Virus record (IMG/VR): IMGVR_UViG_3300027963_000002 | Origin: an uncultured virus (IMG/VR IMGVR_UViG_3300027963_000002) | Taxonomy: Duplodnaviria > Heunggongvirae > Uroviricota > Caudoviricetes | DNA length: 64,000 bases | Strand: one strand, 5' to 3' | Part shown: piece by piece, positions 30,915-41,073 of the stretch | Layout of the letters: the number at the start of each line of letters is the position of its first letter | Position numbering within the stretch: position 1 is the first letter of the stretch | Translations under genes and position numbers: made by a program | Notes under the pieces: generated by a model | Database searches by the model: none | What the model saw: only the letters and a program-made list of their open reading frames with translations | What the model was told of the DNA's origin: nothing

Positions 30915-31069
30915 TATTTACTCCCGTGTATTTTGCTAGGTGTCCATAAGCTAGGCAAACGTCTAAACTCTTCTAAACGATTAGCTTGTGGGTGTGGCTC
31001 AGGCACATATGGTGTTGCTGGGTTGTGCTTGCGGGGTAATGCTTTCTTGAATTTAGTTATATCTATCAT
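30914..31069 (-). CDS. Hypothetical protein (51 aa, not in ORF track)
   Basis: MIDITKFKKALPRKHNP..; TAATG coupling. Confidence 0.45.
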   Translation of the reverse strand: MIDITKFKKALPRKHNPATPYVPEPHPQANRLEEFRRLPSLWTPSKIHGSK

Positions 31070-31299
31070 TAGTTTAATGTCCTATGTTTGTGTGTTTCTG
31101 CGCAATGTCCACTAACTTCGGCGGCGGCTTCTATTAGTAACATTGGCACTTCTTCTTCTTCTAGATTTAAACCATACACTTTTACTGTGTTTTGGTCGTT
31201 GTTAAGTATTACTACTACTGCTGAATATGGCGAGTCCTCAACAGCGCATTTTTTAATAGCATCTTGCACTGTTTTGTATGCCCTATCTTTATACGTCAT
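31069..31299 (-). CDS. Hypothetical protein
   Basis: 76-aa coupled ORF. Confidence 0.55.
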   Translation of the reverse strand: MTYKDRAYKTVQDAIKKCAVEDSPYSAVVVILNNDQNTVKVYGLNLEEEEVPMLLIEAAAEVSGHCAETHKHRTLN

Positions 31300-31580
31300 A
31301 GTGTTTCCAATAAGTTGTTTACGTCTATTATGTTGTTTTCATTTACAACTAACGTATGCCCACCAACGGCACTAATCTTTCTTAACTCTGCTTCTTGCAA
31401 TGCAGTAGGTTTATTACTACCTGACTTACACTCAATCCCAATAAATATACTATTGAAACAAGCGACAATATCAGGCACACCACTCCTACCATACCCACCA
31501 GTAGCAGGGAAGAAATAATAAGCGCCGTGTTCTTTAAGAACATTAACTACCTTCTTCTTGACTTTGGCTTCGGGAGTCAT
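31296..31580 (-). CDS. VRR-NUC nuclease (putative Holliday junction resolvase)
   Basis: TPEAKVK, GVPDI, GIECK, PTALQ. Confidence 0.85.
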   Translation of the reverse strand: MTPEAKVKKKVVNVLKEHGAYYFFPATGGYGRSGVPDIVACFNSIFIGIECKSGSNKPTALQEAELRKISAVGGHTLVVNENNIIDVNNLLETL

Positions 31581-31761
31581 ACCGTCTCCTTACGTCATCG
31601 ATACGCTGTAAACATACTACGATTGAATCAATTTGTTTTTGTAGCATGTGTTGATCACTAACGGCGTTGGCTTTAAGAGCCAAAATAACCTCAGCTTCAA
31701 GGTTACATAGCGCCGCATTCTCACGCATCATAAAAAGTATTTCAGCTTCGGGCATAGACAT
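31543..31761 (-). CDS. Hypothetical protein
   Basis: 72-aa ORF in operon. Confidence 0.45.
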   Translation of the reverse strand: MSMPEAEILFMMRENAALCNLEAEVILALKANAVSDQHMLQKQIDSIVVCLQRIDDVRRRYDSRSQSQEEGS

Positions 31762-32041
31762 GCTTCAATTCCTCTATACATTTTTCGCCTTTGGCAGTTA
31801 AAGTAAATCCAGTTAAACGCTTATCTTCTTTATCCCGCTTATTGTTTACTAACTTCTTTGTAACAAGCGACAGTAAGTATTTGTGCGCAGTAGCTGGCGA
31901 CATAGTGTCTTGCTTTTCAGCCATATCTAACACGTTTGTCGTGCTCATCTTACCTATTGTTGAGATCATTCCTAGGAAATACTCTTCTTCCCATCGGATA
32001 CGATACTTCTCACGAACAGGTTGTGTTAAAAATACATTCAT
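31742..32041 (-). CDS. MarR-like winged-helix regulator
   Basis: SPATAHKYLLSLVTKKLV..DKEDKR..LTAKG. Confidence 0.75.
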   Translation of the reverse strand: MNVFLTQPVREKYRIRWEEEYFLGMISTIGKMSTTNVLDMAEKQDTMSPATAHKYLLSLVTKKLVNNKRDKEDKRLTGFTLTAKGEKCIEELKHVYARS

Positions 32042-32091
32042 ATTGAACCCCTTTGTATTACATTTGCATTTAATATAATCATTATATCTTA

Positions 32092-32997
32092 CTAAAAACT
32101 AAATTTGCTTAGGATCGCATCGACTTCTGCTTTCACGTTGGTGCGTGTTGGCATGTCCTTGCGCAGGTCTTTAACATCTAACCCATTGATCGCTTTGTTA
32201 AGGGCTTTGCGTGCCTCTTCAATCTGTGGGTCATTGGTAATGTTTAAGTCCTTAGCCCACTCACATATCTCATGGGCGCTATCCAGTAACGAATCATGGA
32301 ACTTGCGGGGCTTGAGTTCGCCAGCAATTACATCAACTTCTAGTCTGTCCGACATACGCTTTAAGTGCTCTAGCATGCGTGTCTTAAACGAGTTCATTGC
32401 ATTGTCTACCCGTTCATCAGCAAACTTAGCTAACTTCTCCTTAAGTTCTTGCTGAGCATCATTACCTACATCTACCCTAAAGTCACCCGAAGATGGCACA
32501 GGCATAAAGTTGGTGTTGAACCTAAAGCGGTGTGCAATATCACTAGGGTCAGGGTAGTCGGCTCTGTTGAACATATCACCCAAAGCCATAGCTTGAGCAG
32601 TTATCAAGGACGGGTAAACCCTTACGAACTCATCGACCAGTCCATGAAACTTATCTTCGTAGGTTTGTAGCTTGCTATTGAATTCCATGAACTTACTAGA
32701 TGGCAACAAGCGAATACCCGCATCACTCCAAGGTAACGTGTTGTCATACACATAAGAACGTGTCTCTCCAATGTGTTGGTTAATGATTTCAAGTTCAACG
32801 CGTCCAGCTAAAAGGTGCTTGTTAACACGCGCCGCACCTTTATCGCCTGCGTTTTTGTCCTTGATGATTTCGTCTGTTGTCGACTTATCTAGTTTCCTAG
32901 CAGTCCATTGCGATACGCTCAACTCGACGAGAAGAGCGCATGTATCTATGTTATATCGAGTCATGGTTTCCTTTACCGTTACTGCGTGATACACCAA
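32092..32997 (-). CDS. DUF3150-like protein
   Basis: TLPWSDAGIRLLP, LGDMFNRADYP; adjacent to MoxR/vWA pair. Confidence 0.55.
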   Translation of the reverse strand: MVYHAVTVKETMTRYNIDTCALLVELSVSQWTARKLDKSTTDEIIKDKNAGDKGAARVNKHLLAGRVELEIINQHIGETRSYVYDNTLPWSDAGIRLLPSSKFMEFNSKLQTYEDKFHGLVDEFVRVYPSLITAQAMALGDMFNRADYPDPSDIAHRFRFNTNFMPVPSSGDFRVDVGNDAQQELKEKLAKFADERVDNAMNSFKTRMLEHLKRMSDRLEVDVIAGELKPRKFHDSLLDSAHEICEWAKDLNITNDPQIEEARKALNKAINGLDVKDLRKDMPTRTNVKAEVDAILSKFSF

Positions 32998-33403
32998 GAT
33001 CCATTAACAACTGATCAAAGTCGTCCATGATTTCATGGCGTGTAAGTATTACAGTCTTCTTGTCCGTAGACGTGCCTACCTTATGCGAACCATTACCCCA
33101 TTCTTTACAAGCAATAGCTGATGCCGAACGATACACAGTTTCTAAATCGAGCGGTGCAACTGGGATATAGGTAGTTGAATTTACTTCTGTTGTATCAATG
33201 TATGGTTTAACATACTTAACAACTGCACCGAACGGATAGCGTAGCGCACGACGCTTTGCTTTAGTCTTGGGCATCATTGCTTTCTTCTTAACTTCCAAAT
33301 CACCATGTATCATTCCGTCACTATCAAGGACGGCATACTTAGCGCCTATTGCATTGAGTAATTTGATTGCGTTGTTTAATGCTTTTTCATGTATTGTGTT
33401 CAT
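32951..33403 (-). CDS. Hypothetical early protein
   Basis: 150-aa ORF preceded by AAACGAAAGAAA. Confidence 0.6.
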   Translation of the reverse strand: MNTIHEKALNNAIKLLNAIGAKYAVLDSDGMIHGDLEVKKKAMMPKTKAKRRALRYPFGAVVKYVKPYIDTTEVNSTTYIPVAPLDLETVYRSASAIACKEWGNGSHKVGTSTDKKTVILTRHEIMDDFDQLLMDLGVSRSNGKGNHDSI

Positions 33404-33416
33404 TTGTTTCTTTCGT

Positions 33417-34601
33417 TTAGTTTGAGTAAATGCGAACTACTTTGCCTTCGCTTGGCACAAAGTGGTCGTTATCAACAACGCCCCACAATGTAGGAAAACC
33501 CGTATTGGCATTAGATCCGTCTAGATAACCATCGGTTAACCAAACAACACCTTTCGGGGTATATTTCTTTTCAGTAATGTATTGCACAACACACTCAGGG
33601 CTAGTGCCACCACCACCTGATGGTTTGAGTAACTCGGCAATACGACCAAATTCATGTGGCTTGAAATACTGCTCGCCACATACTGCTGAATCCCACCAGA
33701 TCACTCTCACGCCGTCTGGTTTAACGCTCTCGGCTATGCGTGCAATCTCGCCAAATAGCGTGCCATATATGCCACTCATTGAACCTGATGTATCGGCATT
33801 AATGATTAGCTCGCCAGTAGCTTCGCTGAAATGCGATGGCATAAGAATACCAAGGGGTAATAAACGTTTGTTTGGCGGGGCAAATCTTGAATACTCATCA
33901 CCATCACATAGCGCTGTAATCCAATCACGCATATGTTCACGCCACGCTGTATCACGCTTCTGTGTAACACGATCAATAGCACCACCTTGGGAAATCTTGC
34001 CAGCTAACTTATCAGCCAGTATCTTTCCTTGACGTAATGCATCATCGCATTGACGTTGGTGTTCTTTGATCTCGCCATCACCTTTAACTTCACCAACCTT
34101 ATGCTCATCTAATGGTTGACCTTCCCCATCTATGCTGATGACTGAAGTATTATTAAGAAGATCCCTAAAGACCTCGATGAATGACCAGCCCCGATACTTG
34201 GCATCTATCAAAGGCTTGGGGTTAGTAGTCCACTCAACAAAGGACTGAGTGGGATCGATCTCATCTATCGTGCCGTTAACTACATAGTCCATAGCAATGT
34301 TAGTGAGTAGTGGGTATTGCTCGCATAACTTAGGGTAAAGAATGCAATGTTGTAATGCCTTATGCAATGACTCATGCGCTACTACAAAGCGTAACTGCTT
34401 ACGGGTAAGCCCCATAGTAAAGTCTTCGCCATACCATACATCACGACCATTAGTGCCAGCAGTAGGTATGTTTTTGTCGATCTTGACTGAACCGATATAA
34501 GTAAAGCCTGACAACTGAGCAAAGTCTTTGTTCTGACTTATGTCCACATGAACTGCTATAACACGATCGCTTGCTTGTAACTTATCCCATGATTTACTCA
34601 T
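33417..34601 (-). CDS. Metallopeptidase + vWA domain protein (DUF2201-like)
   Basis: TAGTNG, AHESLH (HExxH), DTSGSM MIDAS, GGGGT, LTDGY. Confidence 0.8.
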   Translation of the reverse strand: MSKSWDKLQASDRVIAVHVDISQNKDFAQLSGFTYIGSVKIDKNIPTAGTNGRDVWYGEDFTMGLTRKQLRFVVAHESLHKALQHCILYPKLCEQYPLLTNIAMDYVVNGTIDEIDPTQSFVEWTTNPKPLIDAKYRGWSFIEVFRDLLNNTSVISIDGEGQPLDEHKVGEVKGDGEIKEHQRQCDDALRQGKILADKLAGKISQGGAIDRVTQKRDTAWREHMRDWITALCDGDEYSRFAPPNKRLLPLGILMPSHFSEATGELIINADTSGSMSGIYGTLFGEIARIAESVKPDGVRVIWWDSAVCGEQYFKPHEFGRIAELLKPSGGGGTSPECVVQYITEKKYTPKGVVWLTDGYLDGSNANTGFPTLWGVVDNDHFVPSEGKVVRIYSN

Positions 34602-34831
34602 GTAGCTTCTCCTATTAATTTAGCTGGGTATGAACATAGCGCTGGTTCAGTTACCTCGTCTTCTTTGTCAGTAACTTCCTCATCTTCACGGCATGACTCA
34701 GTTACTATGTAACCCCCTCTACTGGCAAAATCTTCTAATGCTGGCAAACAAGCCGCATACAATTCTTCACTAGCAAACTGTGCTTCTACATTAGAAGCCC
34801 TACCATTCTCAAAATAAACAACAATCTTCAT
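34598..34831 (-). CDS. Hypothetical protein
   Basis: 77-aa coupled ORF. Confidence 0.55.
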   Translation of the reverse strand: MKIVVYFENGRASNVEAQFASEELYAACLPALEDFASRGGYIVTESCREDEEVTDKEDEVTEPALCSYPAKLIGEAT

Positions 34832-34832
34832 A

Positions 34833-35051
34833 TCACGCCTCTATTTCTTCCATGTTTTCTTCGTATGTAAGGTAATCTTTCCAAGCCCTACGCTTTTGAC
34901 CAAAGGCATAGTGCCAAGGGTTGTTTGTAAGTATTACCTCACGCTTTTCTTTAACTGTCTTAGCTAGCTTTAGCTTATGCACGATAGAGTTCTCAAGCTC
35001 TTTCTGTATCATGCTAATCCTAGTGCTATGGTTTTTCTTATAGGTTGCCAT
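34833..35051 (-). CDS. Hypothetical protein
   Basis: 72-aa ORF. Confidence 0.5.
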   Translation of the reverse strand: MATYKKNHSTRISMIQKELENSIVHKLKLAKTVKEKREVILTNNPWHYAFGQKRRAWKDYLTYEENMEEIEA

Positions 35052-35060
35052 ACATCTTTC

Positions 35061-36179
35061 TTATTTAGTTGAGAAGTAAATGCGGTTGTCTTGCATGAGT
35101 TGTTGGAATGGTTTAACAGTAACGAACACCGACGCACGAACAGACTCAGCGATGTTGTTGGCAAAGATGCTCTGTAACTCACGGCGATTGCGTAATACAT
35201 ACTCGGTGCACGCCTCGGCTTCTTCTCTGTTACCTGCCTGTGTAACGCACTTCAATACAGTAATGAGTTGTGCAACAGGATTGGTAGGGATAGGGCACGT
35301 AGATGGTGAGGCTACGATCTTAGCGAACGGCGGTGTCTCATCACCGAAGCGAATGTATGCACCTAACACCTCAGCGGCGGCTCGACCAATAGTGCCTGTC
35401 AAGGTAGCTTGAAGAGTGTCCGCGTCAACCTTATCCCGATTAGCTACAACATCTGATGCCGCGTGCAATGATCTAGGATTAACATAAGCGAACTGAGTTA
35501 TGCGTGGGTTGAAGATGACATCGTTGTGCTTCTCTTGCGGTGTGCCTGCATACTTGCCACCATCTTCGTAGTCAAGAAAGCTATCGAACCACATAGGGTT
35601 CTGCTCAGAACACGCTAACAAGATAGGGTCAATGCCAGCATCAACACCCCAGCTATACCACTCAGGTTGCGTAGGCTTACGCAATGTAATGAACATCAAC
35701 CGACTACGCAAGTGAGCCGCAATAGAATCGCCTAAGCCCTCAGTAGATAGATTGGTTGCACAGAACACAACGCTACCCTCAGCCATCTCGTAGTTACCAA
35801 CACGTCGCTCATACACGATAGGTGCTAGCACATCTTTAATATACTGCTTAGCCTTGGCAATCTCATCAAGGAATACAAGCGATGGTCGAGCACCATTGAT
35901 ACCCTTTTGATTTACTTTGCTAACACCAAAGCGCTCATTGGGTAACTCACGACTAACACCTAACTCACGATCAATGTCGGGCATCCATACAGAACCATCA
36001 GACATCTGCGTGCAGTCTAGCTTGACCGCAATGTGATCACGGAACTCTGCATCTTTCTCTAGTTCATGGAAGATAGCCGTCTTACCAACACCATTCTCGC
36101 CTTGAATAACAATGGTGCGCTCTTTACCAAAGGCTTTAACTGCTGATACTGCTTGCTTATGATTTAAAAATAAGTGCAT
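35061..36179 (-). CDS. MoxR-like AAA+ ATPase
   Basis: GENGVGKT Walker A, FLDEI Walker B, ATN, LRSR, NPRS. Confidence 0.85.
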   Translation of the reverse strand: MHLFLNHKQAVSAVKAFGKERTIVIQGENGVGKTAIFHELEKDAEFRDHIAVKLDCTQMSDGSVWMPDIDRELGVSRELPNERFGVSKVNQKGINGARPSLVFLDEIAKAKQYIKDVLAPIVYERRVGNYEMAEGSVVFCATNLSTEGLGDSIAAHLRSRLMFITLRKPTQPEWYSWGVDAGIDPILLACSEQNPMWFDSFLDYEDGGKYAGTPQEKHNDVIFNPRITQFAYVNPRSLHAASDVVANRDKVDADTLQATLTGTIGRAAAEVLGAYIRFGDETPPFAKIVASPSTCPIPTNPVAQLITVLKCVTQAGNREEAEACTEYVLRNRRELQSIFANNIAESVRASVFVTVKPFQQLMQDNRIYFSTK

Positions 36180-36275
36180 GATTTTCTTTCGTTTGTTTAT
36201 GATTTATAGATACGATGATAACATAGATTATACAATCCACTACTACTTCTACTACTATTTTGATTGGGGTTTACC

Positions 36276-37229
36276 CTATCTCCTATAGAAAAACTTTCTC
36301 GGTAACTTGTTAGCAAACTGTGGTAAAGGCACAGCTTCCGAGCCAGCCTTGAGATTTGCTAGGTTTAATAGCTCAGTTACTAGGCTAGTCCTCATATCGT
36401 CATGGGTTATGGCTTGGATAATATCTTGCTTAATTTCAAGCAAGTCCGCTTTTATGGCAGGGTCATTGCGGTTACGCCAAGTATCTAATTCGGTGTATTT
36501 GCTGTTGTTCCATACCCGCTTACTGGCTAGCATATTAAAGCTATGCTGGGCTACATCATCGAACGCCATAGCAAACTCTTGGGACTCCAAGGGCAACACA
36601 TCTTGTCGTAAGAATTCCTGCATCTTAGCCCGCATACCATAAGATAAGCCCGACTCCCCGAAAGGTCTTCCTTGCCGTTCAGTTGCATTGCAGTTATTCT
36701 TAAGACTAGCTAGTTTGAACATCTGAAGCGTGATGTATGCTTCAAGATCCTTTTTAAGTTTCTGTCGTTTGGCTTTGTCCTCGCCAGTAGACTTCAAAAT
36801 AAATACGGGATAGTGCTTTGACTTCTCCACAATAAGTTTGTGAGAACTGTCGAATGTTAAAAGCGCTGAGAATTTTTCAGTTTCCCTATCGTAGTAGCAG
36901 GGGTTTAATGGCACGACAACTCGATTGCCCTCGGTAGTTTCTACCCCAAAGGAATGATATACACCTACATACCTATGTATCAATGGCAGATCTAATGAGC
37001 GCCCATTCCAACGCAGCCCTACTTCGTGTTCACCTTGTTCATTGGGCGGGTAAAGGGTAGCTACTTCACTACCATTAATCTTATACACATAGTTGTCGTT
37101 GTCTTTCTCTAACATCAACCAGCTTTCTTGCACACGCCTTAGTGGGCGTTGGTTTTCTGAATACTTCTTACTGCGTGGTGGTTTCTTGGTTGATTCAAAT
37201 AGATTCTTTGCGTGTTCGTATGTAACCAT
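36276..37229 (-). CDS. Hypothetical early protein
   Basis: 317-aa ORF with AGGAG RBS. Confidence 0.65.
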   Translation of the reverse strand: MVTYEHAKNLFESTKKPPRSKKYSENQRPLRRVQESWLMLEKDNDNYVYKINGSEVATLYPPNEQGEHEVGLRWNGRSLDLPLIHRYVGVYHSFGVETTEGNRVVVPLNPCYYDRETEKFSALLTFDSSHKLIVEKSKHYPVFILKSTGEDKAKRQKLKKDLEAYITLQMFKLASLKNNCNATERQGRPFGESGLSYGMRAKMQEFLRQDVLPLESQEFAMAFDDVAQHSFNMLASKRVWNNSKYTELDTWRNRNDPAIKADLLEIKQDIIQAITHDDMRTSLVTELLNLANLKAGSEAVPLPQFANKLPRKFFYRR

Positions 37230-37230
37230 A

Positions 37231-37728
37231 TTAAACTCCTATCGCTTTGTTAAACTGCTCGGTTATATTTACTTCTACTGTTTCTTGTGAATGTTTGGCT
37301 GACATTTCTACATACACACCATTTGTTTTGCTGATAAGCATATGTTCGTGCGAAGAATTGCCCCACTCGTCTGATATATTTACACTAAAAAACTTACCCA
37401 TTCGTATGAAATCACACCCATCTAAACTACCGCTTATAGTGCTTGCGGTTTTAAATGGCAGTATGCCCTCGTCATGAATTGTTATATCAATCCATTTGGG
37501 TATCTCACCATATTCTTGGTTGTTGTATATGTCTTCGGTAATTTCAATGTGGTGCTTGCAACCGTTTCTTAGCAACCCCCATGCTTCATTCCAATCTTCT
37601 AGCTCAGTATCTTTGGGCGTATCAAGTAACCACGCATTGTCGCCGTCGTGGTAATTTACATATCTAACCGTGTTGGGCATCTTCGTCCTCGTCTTCGTAT
37701 AGTTTGTGATTAAAGTCTGTCTCAGCAT
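37231..37728 (-). CDS. Hypothetical protein (start probably at the internal MPNTV)
   Basis: ORF track; overlap with upstream ORF suggests a later start. Confidence 0.5.
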   Translation of the reverse strand: MLRQTLITNYTKTRTKMPNTVRYVNYHDGDNAWLLDTPKDTELEDWNEAWGLLRNGCKHHIEITEDIYNNQEYGEIPKWIDITIHDEGILPFKTASTISGSLDGCDFIRMGKFFSVNISDEWGNSSHEHMLISKTNGVYVEMSAKHSQETVEVNITEQFNKAIGV

Positions 37729-37942
37729 CGAGAACAGGTGCGTCTAGGCACTCGGTAAAGCGTAACACTTGCTCTTGTAATTCTTTCATGCTGTCACCCA
37801 ATACACATGGGTCGCAATAAGCACATGGCTCATTGGCTTGGTTGTAATACACTTCCTGAATTTGGTATAGGATCTCAACTTCTTTATCTTCCCCTACGCC
37901 ATACTCGGTTTTGGTTTTAACTACTCTGTGATTCCAATACAT
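37664..37942 (-). CDS. Conserved small phage protein
   Basis: MYWNHRVV..QIQEVYY motif; GGGGAG RBS. Confidence 0.6.
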   Translation of the reverse strand: MYWNHRVVKTKTEYGVGEDKEVEILYQIQEVYYNQANEPCAYCDPCVLGDSMKELQEQVLRFTECLDAPVLDAETDFNHKLYEDEDEDAQHG

Positions 37943-37969
37943 AGTGCTCCCCTTAAATGACCGTAGTCT

Positions 37970-38971
37970 TTAGTTAATAGTGATGTGCCGAGCTTGGTCT
38001 GCTAACCAAGGGAATGACTCTCGTGCAGTAGCAAAGTCCGACATGATACGCACGAACCAATCCTCGTCAATGTCTTTTTCTAATGCCATGTATGTTATTT
38101 CCCAAAACGAATCAATGCCAAACTTACGGGCAAACTCTGCACCCTGTCGTCTGCTTAACTTACCAGCCCTAGTAAACCCAGCTAACTCTAGGTCAGTAAG
38201 CGCATCTTCTACCTCTACCTCTATGTCATACTTGTCGTCACCCCAGCGCTCATTGTCATAGTAACCTGACTCATAGCCATGTGCATACCCCTCATACCCA
38301 ATACTCTTGGTGTAGTTATATACAACAGGGGGCTTATCTATCTCTGACTTAGCTAGTTTGCTGTCGTGTAGCGTATCTTCTTTCTTGCCAGCAGTAGCTG
38401 GTGCAGTCCACGCATAGGTATTAGATAACCAGCGCCCACCCCAAAACACACCTGAGTCCTTGTTAATGGTAGAAGTTCTACCAAAGTTATCCATGAAAAC
38501 AAACTTATTACTAGTCCCAATGTGATCACCCATGATGTCTATAAAGCTAGGGTGAAAGGCGAAGTCGGGGTTGTTATGTAGCATGGGGCGTAGGTAATCA
38601 TTGATGTAGTGCCATGTATCAGACTTAGTTACATCAGCCTTGTTGTCTGTATGTAGTATGCCGTTGTGCATTAGCCATAGGTCAATGCCATGTTGCTTGC
38701 GGTTTAATACAGGGTAAGGGTGGCAGTTAGTCATGTCGATAGCACCATGAGTCTTCATGCGTAAGTGGAACGCACAGTCCTTACCATCTATATGCTTGGC
38801 ATAGAACTCTAAGAAGTCACTAGCTGTGGTTGGTAACATCTTCTCAACAACTAAGATATTATCCTTGGCATACATAACACCTACGCCATCAGGGTTAGAT
38901 GAATACATATCGACCAGCCAGTCAGATGTGATGGTCGGTGCGCTTGCGGATTGGGTAACTAATAAACACAT
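37970..38971 (-). CDS. Class II (Ntn) glutamine amidotransferase
   Basis: N-terminal MC, NPDGVG, HLRMKTHG, NCHPY, MHNG, SDT. Confidence 0.85.
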   Translation of the reverse strand: MCLLVTQSASAPTITSDWLVDMYSSNPDGVGVMYAKDNILVVEKMLPTTASDFLEFYAKHIDGKDCAFHLRMKTHGAIDMTNCHPYPVLNRKQHGIDLWLMHNGILHTDNKADVTKSDTWHYINDYLRPMLHNNPDFAFHPSFIDIMGDHIGTSNKFVFMDNFGRTSTINKDSGVFWGGRWLSNTYAWTAPATAGKKEDTLHDSKLAKSEIDKPPVVYNYTKSIGYEGYAHGYESGYYDNERWGDDKYDIEVEVEDALTDLELAGFTRAGKLSRRQGAEFARKFGIDSFWEITYMALEKDIDEDWFVRIMSDFATARESFPWLADQARHITIN

Positions 38972-38991
38972 GGTAAATCCTTTCGTTTGAT

Positions 38992-40494
38992 TTAGATTGC
39001 GGTTTCGATTGGTTGTGATGGTGCATCACTATTACGAGGGTTGTCCTTCATTACTGCTGGCTTGGGTAGCGAATAGCCTTTCTCTTTTAGGTATGTGCGT
39101 AGATACTTGGTATCCTTGCGTTGATTGGGCTGGCATATGAACTCGATAAACTTGGCGCTAGTCAGCTCGCTTACCCCTGTATCACGACAGAAGAACCATG
39201 TTGCGTATGTAAACTCAAGACAAGCCATGATTGTTTCGTAGCGTAGCGTGCCTTTGAATAGCCTGAACTCTATGGTGTTAGGGTTCTGAAAGTTAAGTGC
39301 CTCAGTCCTATCGTCATTCAGTCTATTGAGTGGGTTGTCGTAACCCCTTGCATCTTTGAGCCATTGATAGCTTGCTTTCTTATTACCTATCTTGGCATAG
39401 TAGTGATTGCTACGGCGTGCTATGTCCCTGATAAGTTTCTGATTGTTACTGTCGTTGATAAAGAACACCATCTTGCACGCATGGAATAGGCTTACATCTT
39501 TCTTATCTATATGCACATGAAGTCCACAAGTCTTAGTGTCATGGCTACGCACACCACGCCAAGGTGTCTTAAAGAACTTGAGCATATCAGCATGAACATC
39601 TAGCCCTGTATACCCTGTGACTATCTCGAAGCCATGACTTAACGAGCCGTCGTCTTCAATGAATATGTATTGGTGGTCAGGCGTAGCCCACTTGATCTCG
39701 TCATACAATTCTTCTGCCTTATCAGCCCGACTATGATCACTACCTATCTCAACCTCTAACTCCATACCCATTAGAACGCTAGGCTTGCGGTTGTCAAACG
39801 CTGAGGGTATATGACCTAGCACATTCTTATTGTCATGCCTGTCACCAATGATGCCCCCTCTGTTATCTTCCTCTCGTTCTTCTTCCTCTTGTTCCTCGTC
39901 ATAGTCATCTTGCGTTATGTAGGTATCCCGATTGTCTGAATACACATAGCTATCATCAAGGCATGACGAGCACACCCAATAGTCATCATATGCAGTCGAG
40001 CCATTGTCATCATAGTCAACAGTATTACAGTCGTTGCATTGGCATACGCTGTTGATGTTGAACTTATCGTTGAGTAACTCAGCCCAGTCACCACTACCCT
40101 TTTCACGCACATGGCGGTATGTAGAGTCTTGTAATGCCTCAAGCACAGGGTCACAATCATCATCTTTAATGGCTTGTGCAAACAAGTCACCAAACAATTT
40201 AAACTCTCGCTTGTGTTTAACCCTAAGCATGGCTTGTGTGTATAGGCGGTGATTCCTATGCGGTGAACTGATGTTGATCTCCATTGTGTGCTTACACGCA
40301 AGCATTACTTCGGCAACAGACCATATCTGAGGGCTGTTTATGTGGCGGTTCATCATGTCCGCATACTCACCTAGTAGTGGCGGGCAATGAATGGTGGGGC
40401 TATGTATTGTTTGTTGTATCTTCCGCACAAACAACAGGCGTGGGTCGATAGCTGGTAAGGGTGGTGCTGGTATTGCTGTTAGCTGATTAGGCAT
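38992..40494 (-). CDS. Putative amidoligase (COOH-NH2 ligase fold) with N-terminal Cys motifs
   Basis: GMELEVE, DDGSL..GFEIVT, CGLHVH, ALNF..TIEFRLFKGTL. Confidence 0.8.
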   Translation of the reverse strand: MPNQLTAIPAPPLPAIDPRLLFVRKIQQTIHSPTIHCPPLLGEYADMMNRHINSPQIWSVAEVMLACKHTMEINISSPHRNHRLYTQAMLRVKHKREFKLFGDLFAQAIKDDDCDPVLEALQDSTYRHVREKGSGDWAELLNDKFNINSVCQCNDCNTVDYDDNGSTAYDDYWVCSSCLDDSYVYSDNRDTYITQDDYDEEQEEEEREEDNRGGIIGDRHDNKNVLGHIPSAFDNRKPSVLMGMELEVEIGSDHSRADKAEELYDEIKWATPDHQYIFIEDDGSLSHGFEIVTGYTGLDVHADMLKFFKTPWRGVRSHDTKTCGLHVHIDKKDVSLFHACKMVFFINDSNNQKLIRDIARRSNHYYAKIGNKKASYQWLKDARGYDNPLNRLNDDRTEALNFQNPNTIEFRLFKGTLRYETIMACLEFTYATWFFCRDTGVSELTSAKFIEFICQPNQRKDTKYLRTYLKEKGYSLPKPAVMKDNPRNSDAPSQPIETAI

Positions 40495-40546
40495 GGTTGA
40501 TTACTCCTTTGTTTTGGTTGGTAATGTGTTGCTGTAATGCGTTTAG

Positions 40547-40699
40547 TTATTTGATTGTGTTTCCTTTCATCATGTTGATTGCGTTGACTATCTCGTTGCG
40601 TGTGTAGTTTAGGCTTAGATCAGACAGGGCTTTCTGTATTTCCTCTATGGTCTTGCCGTTGTCGTATAGCTCAACGATCCCTTCTATTACCCCTTTCAT
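40547..40699 (-). CDS. Hypothetical protein (50 aa, not in ORF track)
   Basis: MKGVIEGIVELYDNGKTIEEIQKAL.. Confidence 0.45.
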   Translation of the reverse strand: MKGVIEGIVELYDNGKTIEEIQKALSDLSLNYTRNEIVNAINMMKGNTIK

Positions 40700-40704
40700 G
40701 GCAC

Positions 40705-40799
40705 TCATATGATGCCTACTGCTACGACACGCACTATTTGACAGAACATAACTACAAGGGCGAGAGTTACTATTGCCCAGCCATACTTGTCCATATTAC

Positions 40800-40803
<4 letters not shown>
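40705..40803 (-). CDS. Small membrane peptide (32 aa, not in ORF track)
   Basis: MSNMDKYGWAIVTLALVVMFCQIVRVVAVGII*. Confidence 0.4.
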
Positions 40804-41072
<269 letters not shown>

Positions 41073-41073
41073 G

